From Eledone cirrhosa (taxonomy: Eukaryota): a stretch of 64,000 bases of DNA. Within the stretch, counting starts at the first letter, position 1; every line of letters begins with the position of its first letter. Below, piece after piece: positions 13,435-25,615 of this stretch. The notes below the pieces were generated by a model that was not told the DNA's origin, made no database searches, and saw nothing but the letters and a program-made list of their open reading frames with translations. A program made the position numbers and the translations under genes. The stretch is taken from contig OZ024742.1 of the NCBI GenBank assembly GCA_964016885.1, positions 318,866,001 to 318,930,000 on the forward strand. Direction: 5' to 3'.

Positions 13435-13854
13435 TAAACAAATAATGAATAAACAATGAAAACAGTTCCTTATATTAAACAAAAAAAGTTCATTATTTAA
13501 CGATCGTTTCTAGGATATATATGTGTTAGAATTGGCATGCATATTCAACAGATCTATGTACAAAATTATACAAAATTATACAAACTATCAAGATTAAATA
13601 TACATACCAACACATATATACGCCGTCTTCAGAAATAATCATTATTTCTGAAGACGGCGTATATATGTGTTGGTATGTATATTTAATCTTGATAGTTTGT
13701 ATAATTTTGTATAATTTTGTACATAGATCTGTTGAATATGCATGCCAATTCTAACACATATATATCCTAGAAACGATCGTTAAATAATGAACTTTTTTTG
13801 TTTAATATAAGGAACTGTTTTCATTGTTTATTCATTATTTGTTTAATATTTTAT
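13426..13854. repeat. long palindrome, 214-bp arms, 1-nt spacer at 13640
   Basis: 13641-13854 is the reverse complement of 13426-13639; no mismatch noticed by eye. Confidence 0.95.
13641..13788 (+). ncRNA. hammerhead motif (mirror copy on minus strand 13492-13639)
   Basis: AUUAUUU/AAAUAAU stem I; CUGAAGA 13648-13654; long stem II UAUAUAUGUGUUGG/CUAACACAUAUAUA with an imperfect base; GAAA 13770; self-complementary stem III ACGAUCGU; triplet GUU. Confidence 0.8.
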
Positions 13855-13985
13855 CTTGACACTGTATACCGTTTATCTTTCACCGAAAGTGATTTTTCAT
13901 TACATCTCTTCTTTCCATGATATCCGGAATACATTGAGTTCTTCATACGGATTGGACACTACCGTAAACTCTTGGCAGATTTATC

Positions 13986-14041
<56 letters not shown>

Positions 14042-14172
14042 CATATATATATATATACATACATATATATATATATATACATACATATATATATATATAT
14101 ACATACATATATATATATATATACATACATATATATATATATACATACATATATATATACATACATATATAT

Positions 14173-14245
<73 letters not shown>

Positions 14246-14252
14246 TACATAC

Positions 14253-14308
<56 letters not shown>

Positions 14309-14529
14309 GGATTAACAAATAATAGTTAAAGGCAGTCCACTTAGGTGAAGTCCAGTTATGGTATTCCAGGTAGTGGATGATATTAACGCTTGGCTTGGTT
14401 TGACTCAACAAGGCGTTTTCATAGTGATGCTGCGGGTATGCTGTAATTCCTATGTTGTAAACACTTGGAGTAATAATAAATCAGGAAAGAAGGTTTACAT
14501 GGTTTGCTATACAAAAAAGTTTTTAATCA

Positions 14530-14642
14530 CATAGCTTACATTTGTTTCACTGAACTGGTATGTCTAGAGATCGCTATCCGCCTAATTTTGCGTCACTCGA
14601 TCGCCAATACAGAATTATAACCAGTCAGATCTTCGGAGCATG
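14530..14642 (-). ncRNA. hammerhead motif (CCGAAGA core) in 3' region of Penelope B
   Basis: Minus strand: CAUGCU CCGAAGA U CUGACUGGU...ACCAGUUCAG U GAAAC AAAU GUA AGCUAUG. Confidence 0.78.
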
Positions 14643-14999
14643 CGAGAATGAAGAAAATACACAGGCAAGAAAATAAAAGAAAATATGGAGTAGTTATGGC
14701 ATTCAATTAGAACAATAAACAACAACAATTATTACAACAATGCTATCAATAAACTATTTAAGGAGACCCTGACATTACTTAGGTGGGGGGTATATAATGT
14801 ATCTAATGTTACGGCGTGAAAACCAGCTGTCATAAGGCAAAAAGTATCGTAGTGTGTATCAATTTTAAATTATAAAGATAAGCTAGTTTTTACAGTCTTT
14901 CTCTTCATCTTCAACCGTATACATGAGTGGAACCACTGTCAAAGCTCAATAGTTGTAGAGTTAATACAGAGGTTAACGAATTAATATACGCATATATCT

Positions 15000-15076
<77 letters not shown>

Positions 15077-15412
15077 AATATAAATACATATACACATATA
15101 TGTGTACATAGACACATACATACACACTAATATACACTCGTACAAAAATATACATACATGCAAAGAGAAAAGCGTGCTAATTGTAATATGGCAAAAAGAA
15201 GGTAAAGTAACATTGTAGTAGTGAAATGAGAAAAACTAGGATCTAGGATCAAATGATTGCAGCAGCTGAGAAGGAGTAAGATTGTTGGTAGATGAGGTAT
15301 TTACAGACTATTGTGTGGTATAGACTTGTGAAGGAAATAGTATACTTAATGAATATATATTTTTTGTGGGTAGTAGGTATCCTAATTTAAAGCTATGTTA
15401 TGTTGGTTCGAT

Positions 15413-17797
15413 TCACGGAGGTTTGAATCTTATGAATTTAGTGGCTATTCTATGCCTGCAGAAGATAGATCTTTCTAACTTATTATTAAGTAGTCTTTTA
15501 ACATTTCTAAGGATATACAATAGCTCAAGATCACACAGCCCGCAATAGGACATACCTGTACTATAGGTTTTAGCAGCCGACAACTTCGACCAGTTGATAG
15601 TGTAGCTAGCGTTGCTGTCCTTCAATTCCCATATTTTTCTGGCGAGGGTGGTGGAACCCATAAGAGCTCGGTTTTTCATCGAGTGCCTGTGCACATACCA
15701 TCTTTTCTTAAAAGAACCCGCGGTGGATCCTATGTAATTCCAAGTGGAGTTACCCGAGATGACAGTGCACATGTACACCAGGCTCGAATCGAGACATCTA
15801 TTCGCCAATGGGCACCTATCTGGGAGGTGACAGTTGCAGTTTGAGGCGCTATTATGTGCAGCTTTTACATTCCTATTTAGTACCCTGTTATAAGTGGGTT
15901 GTGATATATGCCCAATGGGGTTTTGCTGCTGCGCGTTTGTATGCGCTTGTGGTTGTGATGTTGTGATGAGTTTGTGCTTATGTATAGGTGCAATTGATTT
16001 ACTTGAGATCTTTCTGCGGTTGATCTTGCGTATGTGTGATTCTATGTTAGCTGCTGTTGAAAAAGAGAGTTTTATAGTAGATCTATTGAGTAGTTTGTGA
16101 TATCTATGCGAGATAGGGAAGTGTTTATCTATTAGTTTAAAGAATATAGAGGGCAGTCTAGTTTTTATAGAGGAGTTGAATATTGGGTTGAACCATAGGT
16201 ATTTCCTTTGTCTGTTTCTTCTATTGTTTCTAGGGTTTACGTTATTAGTGTTTTGGCCGTTTACTCTAGGTGTTACATGTCTAACCCTATGTCTAGTCAA
16301 GCTATTCCTATTATTATGTGAGCGGTTGGAGTAGAAATTACTAGGATTGTTTATGTTGTCCTTATTCACTATATACTGTAGTTTATCTTTATGACCGGCC
16401 CTACTTAATGCTGCATTATAATAGTCAGCATGCTCGTTAAAGATTTCTAGGTTTGAGGATAGGCGGGATATTCGGAGGGATATACTACGTGCTATGGATT
16501 TAATTATGGATTTGGGGTGATTTGAGTTGTAACTAATGTAGGCAAGATTTTCATTATTTTTGTGGAAAGGTTCTATTAATCCAGTATTTAGATTTAGAGT
16601 TACATCTAGAAAATTTACCTTCTTATGGTTTAGTTCGTAGGTAATACTTAGGCCTAGTTTTTTGAAGAATATTCTAATATTTTTCCTTAGTCTTTTCATG
16701 CTCTGGTTGTTTAGGTTCCTAGCTATAAGTAACGTGTCGTCCCTATAAATTCCTCCTTGGAGGTTACTGAATTCCTTATGTAGGTTGTGTGCTATGAATA
16801 GCCCCACGATATCTGTAATTTGCGCAGAATCATTTGAACCCATTGTAATATCGAAGCTATTTATTCTATCCTTTCTTACCCAGTAGTTATTTTCAAATTT
16901 TACGATAGTCCTTCTAGCCGCTATTATTATTTCAATTTCATCATGGGTAAGATCAGAGTTATTTTGGGCAAATATAAGCGCCTTATCTAGGGTAGCTGGG
17001 GATATGGATGCATAATAGTCGTCTATATCAAATTGTATGAAGTTACACGTATCCCTATTTTGTATTTTATTGAACCATTTAATTGCCTCGTTAGTGTTGC
17101 CCCATAGATTGATTTCTAGTTTACCCTTTATTTGTGCGATTACCCTATCTAGAATGTTTTTGCTAATTTTACCTATGTCTGACTTGGATGGGCATATTAA
17201 TCTAATGGTAGGATTAGTTTCAAAGTTATTTTTGTGATCTTTCAGGTTAAATGTAGGGTTGCACGGGGTAAGCGGTTCGGTCCTATCTGAAATTCCGAGT
17301 TTATTAACTATCTTGAGGCCCTCCATGTTTATGCTGGTGAGTGTAGATTCATTTGTTTTTTTATATTTTTTATGTAGTTCACGCTGAATAAAGTTATTGT
17401 ATGTGTTAATGTCCATAGAGTATACGTTTGATGTTTTGTCTGCTTTTACTATGATACCGTTAGTGTCTTTTAGTTTTTTAAGTAATGTGTTTAAGTCATT
17501 TTGCAATTTGTTGTGATTTGTTCTTTTTTTAAATTTAGTTTCACTTATCATGTTCATAAGATCCAGCTCGAAGGCATCGAGTGCGGGGTTGTTTGGCGGG
17601 TTTTTGCAGGATTTAAACCCGTAATTCTCCTTGGAAAATTCCCTTCTGTTGGTATTCGGTCCCTTATCGAAATGGTAAGCTTTCCATCGGACCCTGCGGA
17701 TGAAATCATTAGTCCGTCGTATCATGCCCAGTGTATAGTCCTTTTTTGTAGGTACAGGTATGTTTTTTAGTGACATACCTATACAGTGCTTCTCCAT
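15413..17797 (-). CDS. intact Penelope-like reverse transcriptase + C-terminal GIY-YIG endonuclease, 794 aa
   Basis: Uninterrupted ORF with KADK, QFDIDDYY, MGS, YRDD, FLDV, WFNP, CNCHLPDRC (CxCx5C) linker, LVY..YIGST..FKKRW..H, CGLC..E..LLN..CRH. Confidence 0.95.
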   Translation of the reverse strand: MEKHCIGMSLKNIPVPTKKDYTLGMIRRTNDFIRRVRWKAYHFDKGPNTNRREFSKENYGFKSCKNPPNNPALDAFELDLMNMISETKFKKRTNHNKLQNDLNTLLKKLKDTNGIIVKADKTSNVYSMDINTYNNFIQRELHKKYKKTNESTLTSINMEGLKIVNKLGISDRTEPLTPCNPTFNLKDHKNNFETNPTIRLICPSKSDIGKISKNILDRVIAQIKGKLEINLWGNTNEAIKWFNKIQNRDTCNFIQFDIDDYYASISPATLDKALIFAQNNSDLTHDEIEIIIAARRTIVKFENNYWVRKDRINSFDITMGSNDSAQITDIVGLFIAHNLHKEFSNLQGGIYRDDTLLIARNLNNQSMKRLRKNIRIFFKKLGLSITYELNHKKVNFLDVTLNLNTGLIEPFHKNNENLAYISYNSNHPKSIIKSIARSISLRISRLSSNLEIFNEHADYYNAALSRAGHKDKLQYIVNKDNINNPSNFYSNRSHNNRNSLTRHRVRHVTPRVNGQNTNNVNPRNNRRNRQRKYLWFNPIFNSSIKTRLPSIFFKLIDKHFPISHRYHKLLNRSTIKLSFSTAANIESHIRKINRRKISSKSIAPIHKHKLITTSQPQAHTNAQQQNPIGHISQPTYNRVLNRNVKAAHNSASNCNCHLPDRCPLANRCLDSSLVYMCTVISGNSTWNYIGSTAGSFKKRWYVHRHSMKNRALMGSTTLARKIWELKDSNASYTINWSKLSAAKTYSTGMSYCGLCDLELLYILRNVKRLLNNKLERSIFCRHRIATKFIRFKPP

Positions 17798-18070
17798 GTT
17801 GTTGCCGTGCGTTAATGGTGTTGCTCGACCAGGTGGGAGCTAAATATACGGATTAACAAATAATAGTTAAAGGCAGTCCACTTAGGTGAAGTCCAGTTAT
17901 GGTATTCCAGGTAGTGGATGATATTAACGCTTGGCTTGGTTTGACTCAACAAGGCGTTTTCATAGTGATGCTGCGGGTATGCTGTAATTCCTATGTTGTA
18001 AACACTTGGAGTAATAATAAATCAGGAAAGAAGGTTTACATGGTTTGCTATACAAAAAAGTTTTTAATCA

Positions 18071-18183
18071 CATAGCTTACATTTGTTTCACTGAACTGGT
18101 ATGTCTAGAGATCGCTATCCGCCTAATTTTGCGTCACTCGATCGCCAATACAGAATTATAACCAGTCAGATCTTCGGAGCATG
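18071..18183 (-). ncRNA. hammerhead motif in upstream pseudo-LTR of Penelope B
   Basis: Same sequence as 14530-14642. Confidence 0.78.
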
Positions 18184-18540
18184 CGAGAATGAAGAAAATA
18201 CACAGGCAAGAAAATAAAAGAAAATATGGAGTAGTTATGGCATTCAATTAGAACAATAAACAACAACAATTATTACAACAATGCTATCAATAAACTATTT
18301 AAGGAGACCCTGACATTACTTAGGTGGGGGGTATATAATGTATCTAATGTTACGGCGTGAAAACCAGCTGTCATAAGGCAAAAAGTATCGTAGTGTGTAT
18401 CAATTTTAAATTATAAAGATAAGCTAGTTTTTACAGTCTTTCTCTTCATCTTCAACCGTATACATGAGTGGGACCACTGTCAAAGCTCAATAGTTGTAGA
18501 GTTAATACAGAGGTTAACGAATTAATATACGCATATATCT

Positions 18541-18595
<55 letters not shown>

Positions 18596-19528
18596 AATAT
18601 AAATACATATACACATATATGTGTACATAGACACATACATACACACTAATATACACTCGTACAAAAATATACATACATGCAAAGAGAAAAGCGTGCTAAT
18701 TGTAATATGGCAAAAAGAAGGTAAAGTAACATTGTAGTAGTGAAATGAGAAAAACTAGGATCTAGGATCAAATGATTGCAGCAGCTGAGAAGGAGTAAGA
18801 TTGTTGGTAGATGAGGTATTTACAGACTATTGTGTGGTATAGACTTGTGAAGGAAATAGTATACTTAATGAATATATATTTTTTGTGGGTAGTAGGTATC
18901 CTAATTTAAAGCTATGTTATGTTGGTTCGATTCACGGAGGTTTGAATCTTATGAATTTAGTGGCTATTCTATGCCTGCAGAAGATAGATCTTTCTAACTT
19001 ATTATTAAGTAGTCTTTTAACATTTCTAAGGATATACAATAGCTCAAGATCACACAGCCCGCAATAGGACATACCTGTACTATAGGTTTTAGCAGCCGAC
19101 AACTTCGACCAGTTGATAGTGTAGCTAGCGTTGCTGTCCTTCAATTCCCATATTTTTCTGGCGAGGGTGGTGGAACCCATAAGAGCTCGGTTTTTCATCG
19201 AGTGCCTGTGCACATACCATCTTTTCTTAAAAGAACCCGCGGTGGATCCTATGTAATTCCAAGTGGAGTTACCCGAGATGACAGTGCACATGTACACCAG
19301 GCTCGAATCGAGACATCTATTCGCCAATGGGCACCTATCTGGGAGGTGACAGTTGCAGCTACACTAGCTACACTATCAACTGGTCGAAGTTGTCGGCTGC
19401 TTGGGGTATGGAGAAAAGGAAAAGAAAAGAAAGAGAAAAAAGAGAAAAAAGAGCAAACTATATATATATATTCCTTTGAGCACATTATTTACAGGGAATG
19501 GCGAGGGCCTATGGCTCCGTTAATTTAT

Positions 19529-19603
<75 letters not shown>

Positions 19604-19632
19604 AGATCTTAAAGAATTCCATTTTTTTTCAG

Positions 19633-19673
<41 letters not shown>

Positions 19674-19712
19674 GATATTAATAAATGGAAACTATATTTA
19701 TAAAACCATATT

Positions 19713-19777
19713 TATTTCATTATACATATTTCAGGGATACCAAATTAAATTATGGTGTGCCTTCATCAGACAAAATA
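19713..19777 (-). ncRNA. hammerhead motif
   Basis: Minus strand: UAUUUUGU CUGAUGA AGG..ACCA....UGGU..CCU GAAA UAUGU AUA AUGAAAUA; in a ~260-bp block between TA tracts. Confidence 0.72.
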
Positions 19778-19988
19778 CAATATATAACAGTTTTACAAAT
19801 AAGCTTTGACGTACCCTTTAAAAAGCAACCATTATTTTTGGAAGCCATCTGCTCCAAATACTTGTCGAGTGCTTTATATCAGTTATAAAAATATTTACTT
19901 GTTGTATCCCAACAATTTTAAATAGAACTTTTGCATATATATATATATATATATATATAAGAGATCTTAAAGAATTCCATTTTTTCAG

Positions 19989-20035
<47 letters not shown>

Positions 20036-20317
20036 CATACACAGACAGTCCGGCGCCGATATAGATGGACATACTTTAGCGTAGGAAGTAATTATCAGAT
20101 GTTCGATAATTATTCAAGCTGTATTTATTCAACTTTCCGTATTATTCAACGTCTTGTCATAATTTGATCAACATTAGAAGGAAAAAAGAAAGGACATAAA
20201 AATAGACGCTAAGACAGTTGAAGTAAATGTTTAATGTTTAATTTGACAACTTGTGGAGCTATAAGTAACATTGACGTCATTGCGATGACTCGTCATCATT
20301 ATCGTTAATATCATCAA

Positions 20318-20505
20318 GGCGGTGGATTGACAGTATCAGTAGAGGGTCGGACGCCATGCTTTCCAGCATAGTTACGTCCCTTTACGATCTGAGTTCAAAT
20401 CCCGCCGAGGTTGACTTTGCCTTTCATCCTAATGGCGTCGATAAAATAAAGTACCAGTAATGCACTGGGTAATTGCTGGCCTTGTGCCTAAAGTAGAAAC
20501 AATTA
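20318..20505 (+). mobile_element. tRNA-derived SINE family 1 (other copies ~22890-23030, 24430-24655, 24690-24890, 24940-25145, 27417-27600, 28968-29148, 47730-47915, 49685-49840, 59800-59890, 61300-61880)
   Basis: Box A/B-like head (GAGTTCAAATCCCGCCGAGG) and conserved body GCCTTTCATCCT..GTCGATAAAATAAAGTACCAG..GCTGGCCTTGTGCCTAAA, dispersed on both strands. Confidence 0.85.
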
Positions 20506-20511
20506 TCGTTA

Positions 20512-20749
20512 ATATCATCATCATTACCATAGTCATCGTCATCGTCGTCATCGTCGTCGTCGTCGTCATCGTCATCGTCGTCGTCGTCATCGTCGTCATC
20601 GACATCGTCATCGTCATCGTCGTCATCGACATCGTCATCGTCATCGTCGTCATCGTCATCGTCGTCATCGTCGTCATCGTCATCGTCGTCGTCGACATCC
20701 TCGAAATTGTAATTATCGTCATCGTCATCGTCGCCATCGTCATCGTCGT

Positions 20750-20805
<56 letters not shown>

Positions 20806-20838
20806 TCATCGTCGTCGTCGTCATCGTCATCGTCATCA

Positions 20839-20892
<54 letters not shown>

Positions 20893-21012
20893 TCATCGTC
20901 GTCGTCGTCATCGTCATCGTCGTCCTCGTCATCGTCATCGTCGTAGTCATCGTCATCGTCATCGTCGACATCCTCGTCATCGTAATTATCGTCATCGTCG
21001 TCCTCGTCCTCG

Positions 21013-21056
<44 letters not shown>

Positions 21057-21246
21057 GTCATCATCGTTATCATCGTCATCATCGTTATCATCGTCATCAT
21101 CGTCATCATCATCATCATCATCATCATCGTCATCATCATCATCACCGTCACCATCATCATCAACTTCATCATCATCGTCATCATCATCATCATCGTCATC
21201 ATCGTCATCATCGTCATCATCATCATCAACGTCATCATCATCGTCA
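20512..21246. repeat. compound (TCG/TCA)n trinucleotide repeat
   Basis: Directly visible; starts at the tail of a SINE. Confidence 0.97.
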
Positions 21247-21744
21247 ACGTATTTTACTGACTGCAGGAACAACAGAGCTGATAACATCTACAGAAACTAG
21301 ATACGTCACGTAAACCATAAATCCTACATATTCACCTATTGGATTTTCTGTCAAATTCCGAAATTCATCATCGCTGTTGGATCGATTCCCTCAAACAACT
21401 CCATTGGTTTATTCCCGACATTCCGCACTCAACCGGGATGACTTAATCAGTAAGGTGGACGGGTGGATTTGTGGATTGGTACGATAAAGTTGGATCTTCA
21501 GCTGGTCCTCACTTCAGCCGGTGTCCGCTGTTGGAATCGTGACTTTCTAACAATATCCGCGTCGGTTATCTGTAACCACAGTTCATGGGCGACTTCTGTT
21601 CGCAATGATATATTCACTAGTTGGAACTAAACCCATCCAAGGTGAACGTAGACACAAGTATAAAGTATAAAAGTAAGAACCTTTTTTTTTTCCGGTGCAG
21701 TGTATCTATTACTGTGAACTTGATAGTGATCTGTGTGTTGGATC

Positions 21745-22058
21745 TACGTCGGTTCCGACGACGAGTGTTTGACCTGATTCCATCAACAGAACACCCTGCT
21801 CGTGAAATTAACGTGCAAGTGACTGAACATTCCACAGATACGCGTACTCTTAATGTAGTTCTCGTGGATATTCAGCATGATACAGGGTGAGAAAAGACTG
21901 ATTCTTTGAATTACAGGTACAACTAATTTTTGCCAGCTGAGTGAACTGGAGCAACGTGAAATAAAGTGCCTTGTTCGAGGACACAACGTGCTGCCAAGAA
22001 TGGACCTGGCGATCTTGTGGTCATGAGCCGAGAACCCCAACCACTGAGCCATGTGGCT
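21745..22058 (-). mobile_element. tRNA-derived SINE family 2 (other copies ~25342-25480, 28372-28690, 43555-43730, 45560-45640, 48800-48960)
   Basis: Head TGGCTCAGTGGTT..GTTCGATT, core TCCTTGAGCAAGACACTTTATTTCACGTTGCTCCAG and shared 3' part. Confidence 0.8.
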
Positions 22059-22552
22059 TCACTAACGACTTGTATAAATGTTGTAAAGACCCTTAAGAAA
22101 AATGTCGGTTCTAGTACAGTTTTGTACCACTACTTTCGATTTAAGTCTACTTAAAATCGCTACAAAGTCAATTACAAAGCAATTTTAAGATCATAAAGAA
22201 TAAAAATACGTGGAAATTTTGCCCCAAGAATTTTAATATATTTCATTACCAAACCTCTGAAGCCATATAAATTGTAGAAGATAATCTTGCATCACATCAT
22301 GGTTTTATTCTATTCATAACCTGAAATTATTGACTGTCTTTCAATTCCTTAGTCGCCAGTAGCCAACTTTACCAATAGCCCTTGAGTGGTAACTTAACCC
22401 AGCGCTACAATGTTCAAAAAGGTCAGCACTAGTAATAATCTGTTAAGTCTCAGCCATTGTATCATCATAACCCTTTCACCCCTGAATCGTAGTCTAATCT
22501 GCAACAATGATATTCACGTTAGTTGAACTCTTCTTTACTTAGGAGACGACGG

Positions 22553-22700
22553 AAGATGTTAATTATAGCCACTGGTAGGACATAAGATGTTGTCCATTAT
22601 AGCCACTGGCGCGACATAAGGTGTTATTTATTATAGCCACTGACGCGACGTAAGATGTCGTTCAGTATAGCCACTGGCGCGACGTAAGGTGTCGTGCAGT
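22553..22700. repeat. ~36-bp tandem repeat, ~4 copies
   Basis: TATAGCCACTGGCGCGACATAAGATGT recurs. Confidence 0.85.
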
Positions 22701-23659
22701 ATATATATATGTATGTATGTGCAGTATATATATGTATGATAAAGTCGTAGGGTGCCTCTTGGGCCTTTTAAACCTGGCATAGCCTATCATTCTCCCGATC
22801 TGAACACAGCCGACTTATTTTTCCAGAGAAGGAGAAACAGAGTGAAAGAGAGAAAATGAGAAAGAGGCGTAGAGGAAGAATCGATCTCAGTACTGGACTG
22901 GTACTTTTTTTATCGACCTCGAAGAGTGATGGCGAATTTGACCTCGGCGAGATTTGAACTCAGAGAACACAGGCAGCCGGAACAAATACCGCAAAGCATT
23001 TTATCCGACGTTCTAACGACTGCCAATTCACCGTCTGCTATCATTTATATTCGTCCTTATTACGACAGTTAGTTATTTTTAATGAATTGAAGATAAGCTC
23101 GTTTGATTCACAAACTCCAGTACGACCTTGATTCTGACTATCAAAATATGGAAAACATCAATGAATAAGCTTCTAACTTACACATAACATTGTCTTTAAA
23201 AAATAACTAGGAAGAGTTTTATCTTACGGTGAATAGTGTATTCTTATCTTGATAAAACAAAATGAAAATAAACATTGAATAACACGAAACAAACAAATAG
23301 ATATTTGCTGAATAAACATATGGAGAACTCATTAACACTTCCTCTAAACAAAAGAGTTGCTGAAATTGCCAGTCGTTAAGTCTGTTAAACAATATAGCCA
23401 GCAAAAGTACAAAATCGTGAAATAATCATTACTCTCAACGTAATTCTAGTCAACACAAATATTTATCAAAACGATATCGTTATTTTTCTGCAATTCTATT
23501 GTTCCATTTATCGTCTTCGTACCTTCAATAACAACTTTGACTTTCATCCTTTCGAGTTAGATAAAAAAAAAAATTGCCAGTCTAATACTGAAGTTGGTTC
23601 TTCCTCTATATCTCTTTCTCATTTCCTCTATCTCACTTTCTGTCTTTCTATGGAAGAAA

Positions 23660-24340
23660 TCTGCTGTACTCAGACCTGGAGAGGGATGAGCTTCGCCAGA
23701 CTTAAAATGCCCAAGAAACGCCGTATGTCAATACGGCGCCCCTGCGACTTTATCTGGAGTTACGGGACCATGCATACATACATGGTGGCTGCCAACTCGT
23801 TTTCGAGTACGGCCACTACTTTATATCCATGTAGAAGAACTCCTACCGATGCGCTGAACGAGTGTTACTTTTTAGTCCAGCCAGCGACTTGAAAACTCTG
23901 GTACAAACACTACACTTGTGACAATTATTGACACATAGTGCTGGGCCCATGGTACCATGTGACGACAAGTGCAGAGAGATCTCCAGACATAAAGCAATGC
24001 CTGTGCTGTGAAGCTTTTATAGTGAGCAAAGGCACTGCACAAAGCCAGTCCCACTCTCTTAACCAAGATGATATTTACCAAAAAGAAGAACAAGTCAACA
24101 TCATTGGATACCATCAGGGTTGCAGGTGTTATATCAGAGTTTTCCTTCTCCTAGAATTCTGCCTTGACAAAGGCTAAGGGGTCATCTCTCCCGGTGATTT
24201 TGGATGGCCATTGACTCTTAAGAGCTCCTTTGCCCTTTGACAGGTTTTGTTTTTAGTCCTGCAGGATGTCCAAAGTCACCCTCCTCACCAAGAAACCTTG
24301 GTGGGGTTGCCAGTTTAGTCGCCAACGACCCGACCATGAG
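23660..24340 (-). mobile_element. possible internally deleted, highly decayed LINE-derived element
   Basis: GC-richer block beside (CATA)n; only weak RTE-like C-terminal traces. Confidence 0.3.
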
Positions 24341-25579
24341 ACATACATACATACATACATACATACATACATACATACATACATACATACATACATACAT
24401 ACATACATACATACAATCGAAACATTAGTGGTAGTAATAATTCTTTCTAACACTGGTACAAGTCCAGCAATTTGGGGGAAAGGGCAAAATTGACTGAATC
24501 AACCCTAGTATTTAACTGGTACTTTATTTTATCGACCCCGGAAGAGTGTAAAGGCAAAGTTGGCCTCGGCAGGATCTGAACTCAGAACGTAGAAAGTCGC
24601 AGCTAAATACTGCACAGCTTTTCGTCCGACGCTCTACCGATACTGTCAATCCCTAACCTTTTTAAAAAGATTAATTGGGGACGAGTGGGGGGTTGGCAGA
24701 ATCGGTAGAGCATCAAACAACATGTTTGGTGGCATAAAATTACGGCTCTTTACGTTCTGAGTTCAAATCCCACCGAGGTTAACTTTGTCTTTCATTCTTA
24801 CGGTGTCGATAAAATAAGGCACTGGGGTCGATTTGATCGACTTTCCCCTCTCCCATAATTGCTGACCTTGTGCCTAAATCAGAAACTATTATTATTATTA
24901 ATAATTTGTAACCAATAAAAGAAAATATTAAATGGGGAAGGGTGGTGGATTGGCAGAATCGTTAGAACATCGGACAAAATACTTTTAGTCATTTGTTCCG
25001 AGTCTCTACATACTGAGTTCAAATCCCGCTGAGGTCAAATTTGCGTTTTGTCCTTCCGAAGTCGATAAAATAAAATACGAGGCAAGTGCTGGGGGCTGAT
25101 TTAATTAACTTTCTCCTCTCCTCAAAACTGTTGGCCTTGTGTTTAAATTTTTAAATTTAAAGCCATTATTATTAATTTTAACACGCACTTCTTGTAATGT
25201 TAATTTGACTAGAACAGAAGGATGTAATATCCAGGCTTTTTCCAGGGGTAAAGGCGCCGGAAAGGTGTCGTAAATCAAGTAAAAAAAACACCAGCTGGGA
25301 ATCGAAACATGATCATGTAGCTTTACTCATTTCAAATTGAAGGCGCATGGCTTAGTGGTTAAAGCATTGGGCTTGCTATCGAAAGGTTGTGAGTTCAATT
25401 CTCGGACCGGGTGATGTGTTGTTTGCATGAGCAAGACACTTTATTTCACGTTGCTCCAGTTTACACAGCTGTAGAAATGAGATGATAGGACTGGGATCCC
25501 TATTATTAAATTACCCAAGACACCTCCAACGAAATATACCTTGGAGGAGGCCAGCTAAACCTGCATAGGTGTGAGATGT

Positions 25580-25615
<36 letters not shown>

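Larger units (their letters stand above)
14303..19358 (-). mobile_element. Penelope-like retroelement copy B, partial tandem: full unit 14303-17843 plus upstream 1.5-kb pseudo-LTR 17844-19358
   Basis: 17844-19358 nearly duplicates 14303-15839 (microsatellite length changes and one substitution noticed); 3' end abuts (TA)n/(CATA)n; short inverted piece at 19366-19401. Confidence 0.95.

Noticed and set aside
20424-21287. Poly-Asp ORF resembling acidic shell-matrix proteins
   Set aside because: It is a (GAT/GAC)n microsatellite at a SINE tail, open in several frames, and the ORF runs into SINE sequence.
21330-21620. GC-richer unique block, possible minus-strand exon
   Set aside because: No frame stays open across it and no recognisable peptide.
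25342-25415. tRNA-like sequence with box A/B
   Set aside because: Continues directly into the SINE core and lacks a proper cloverleaf; it is a SINE head, not a tRNA gene.
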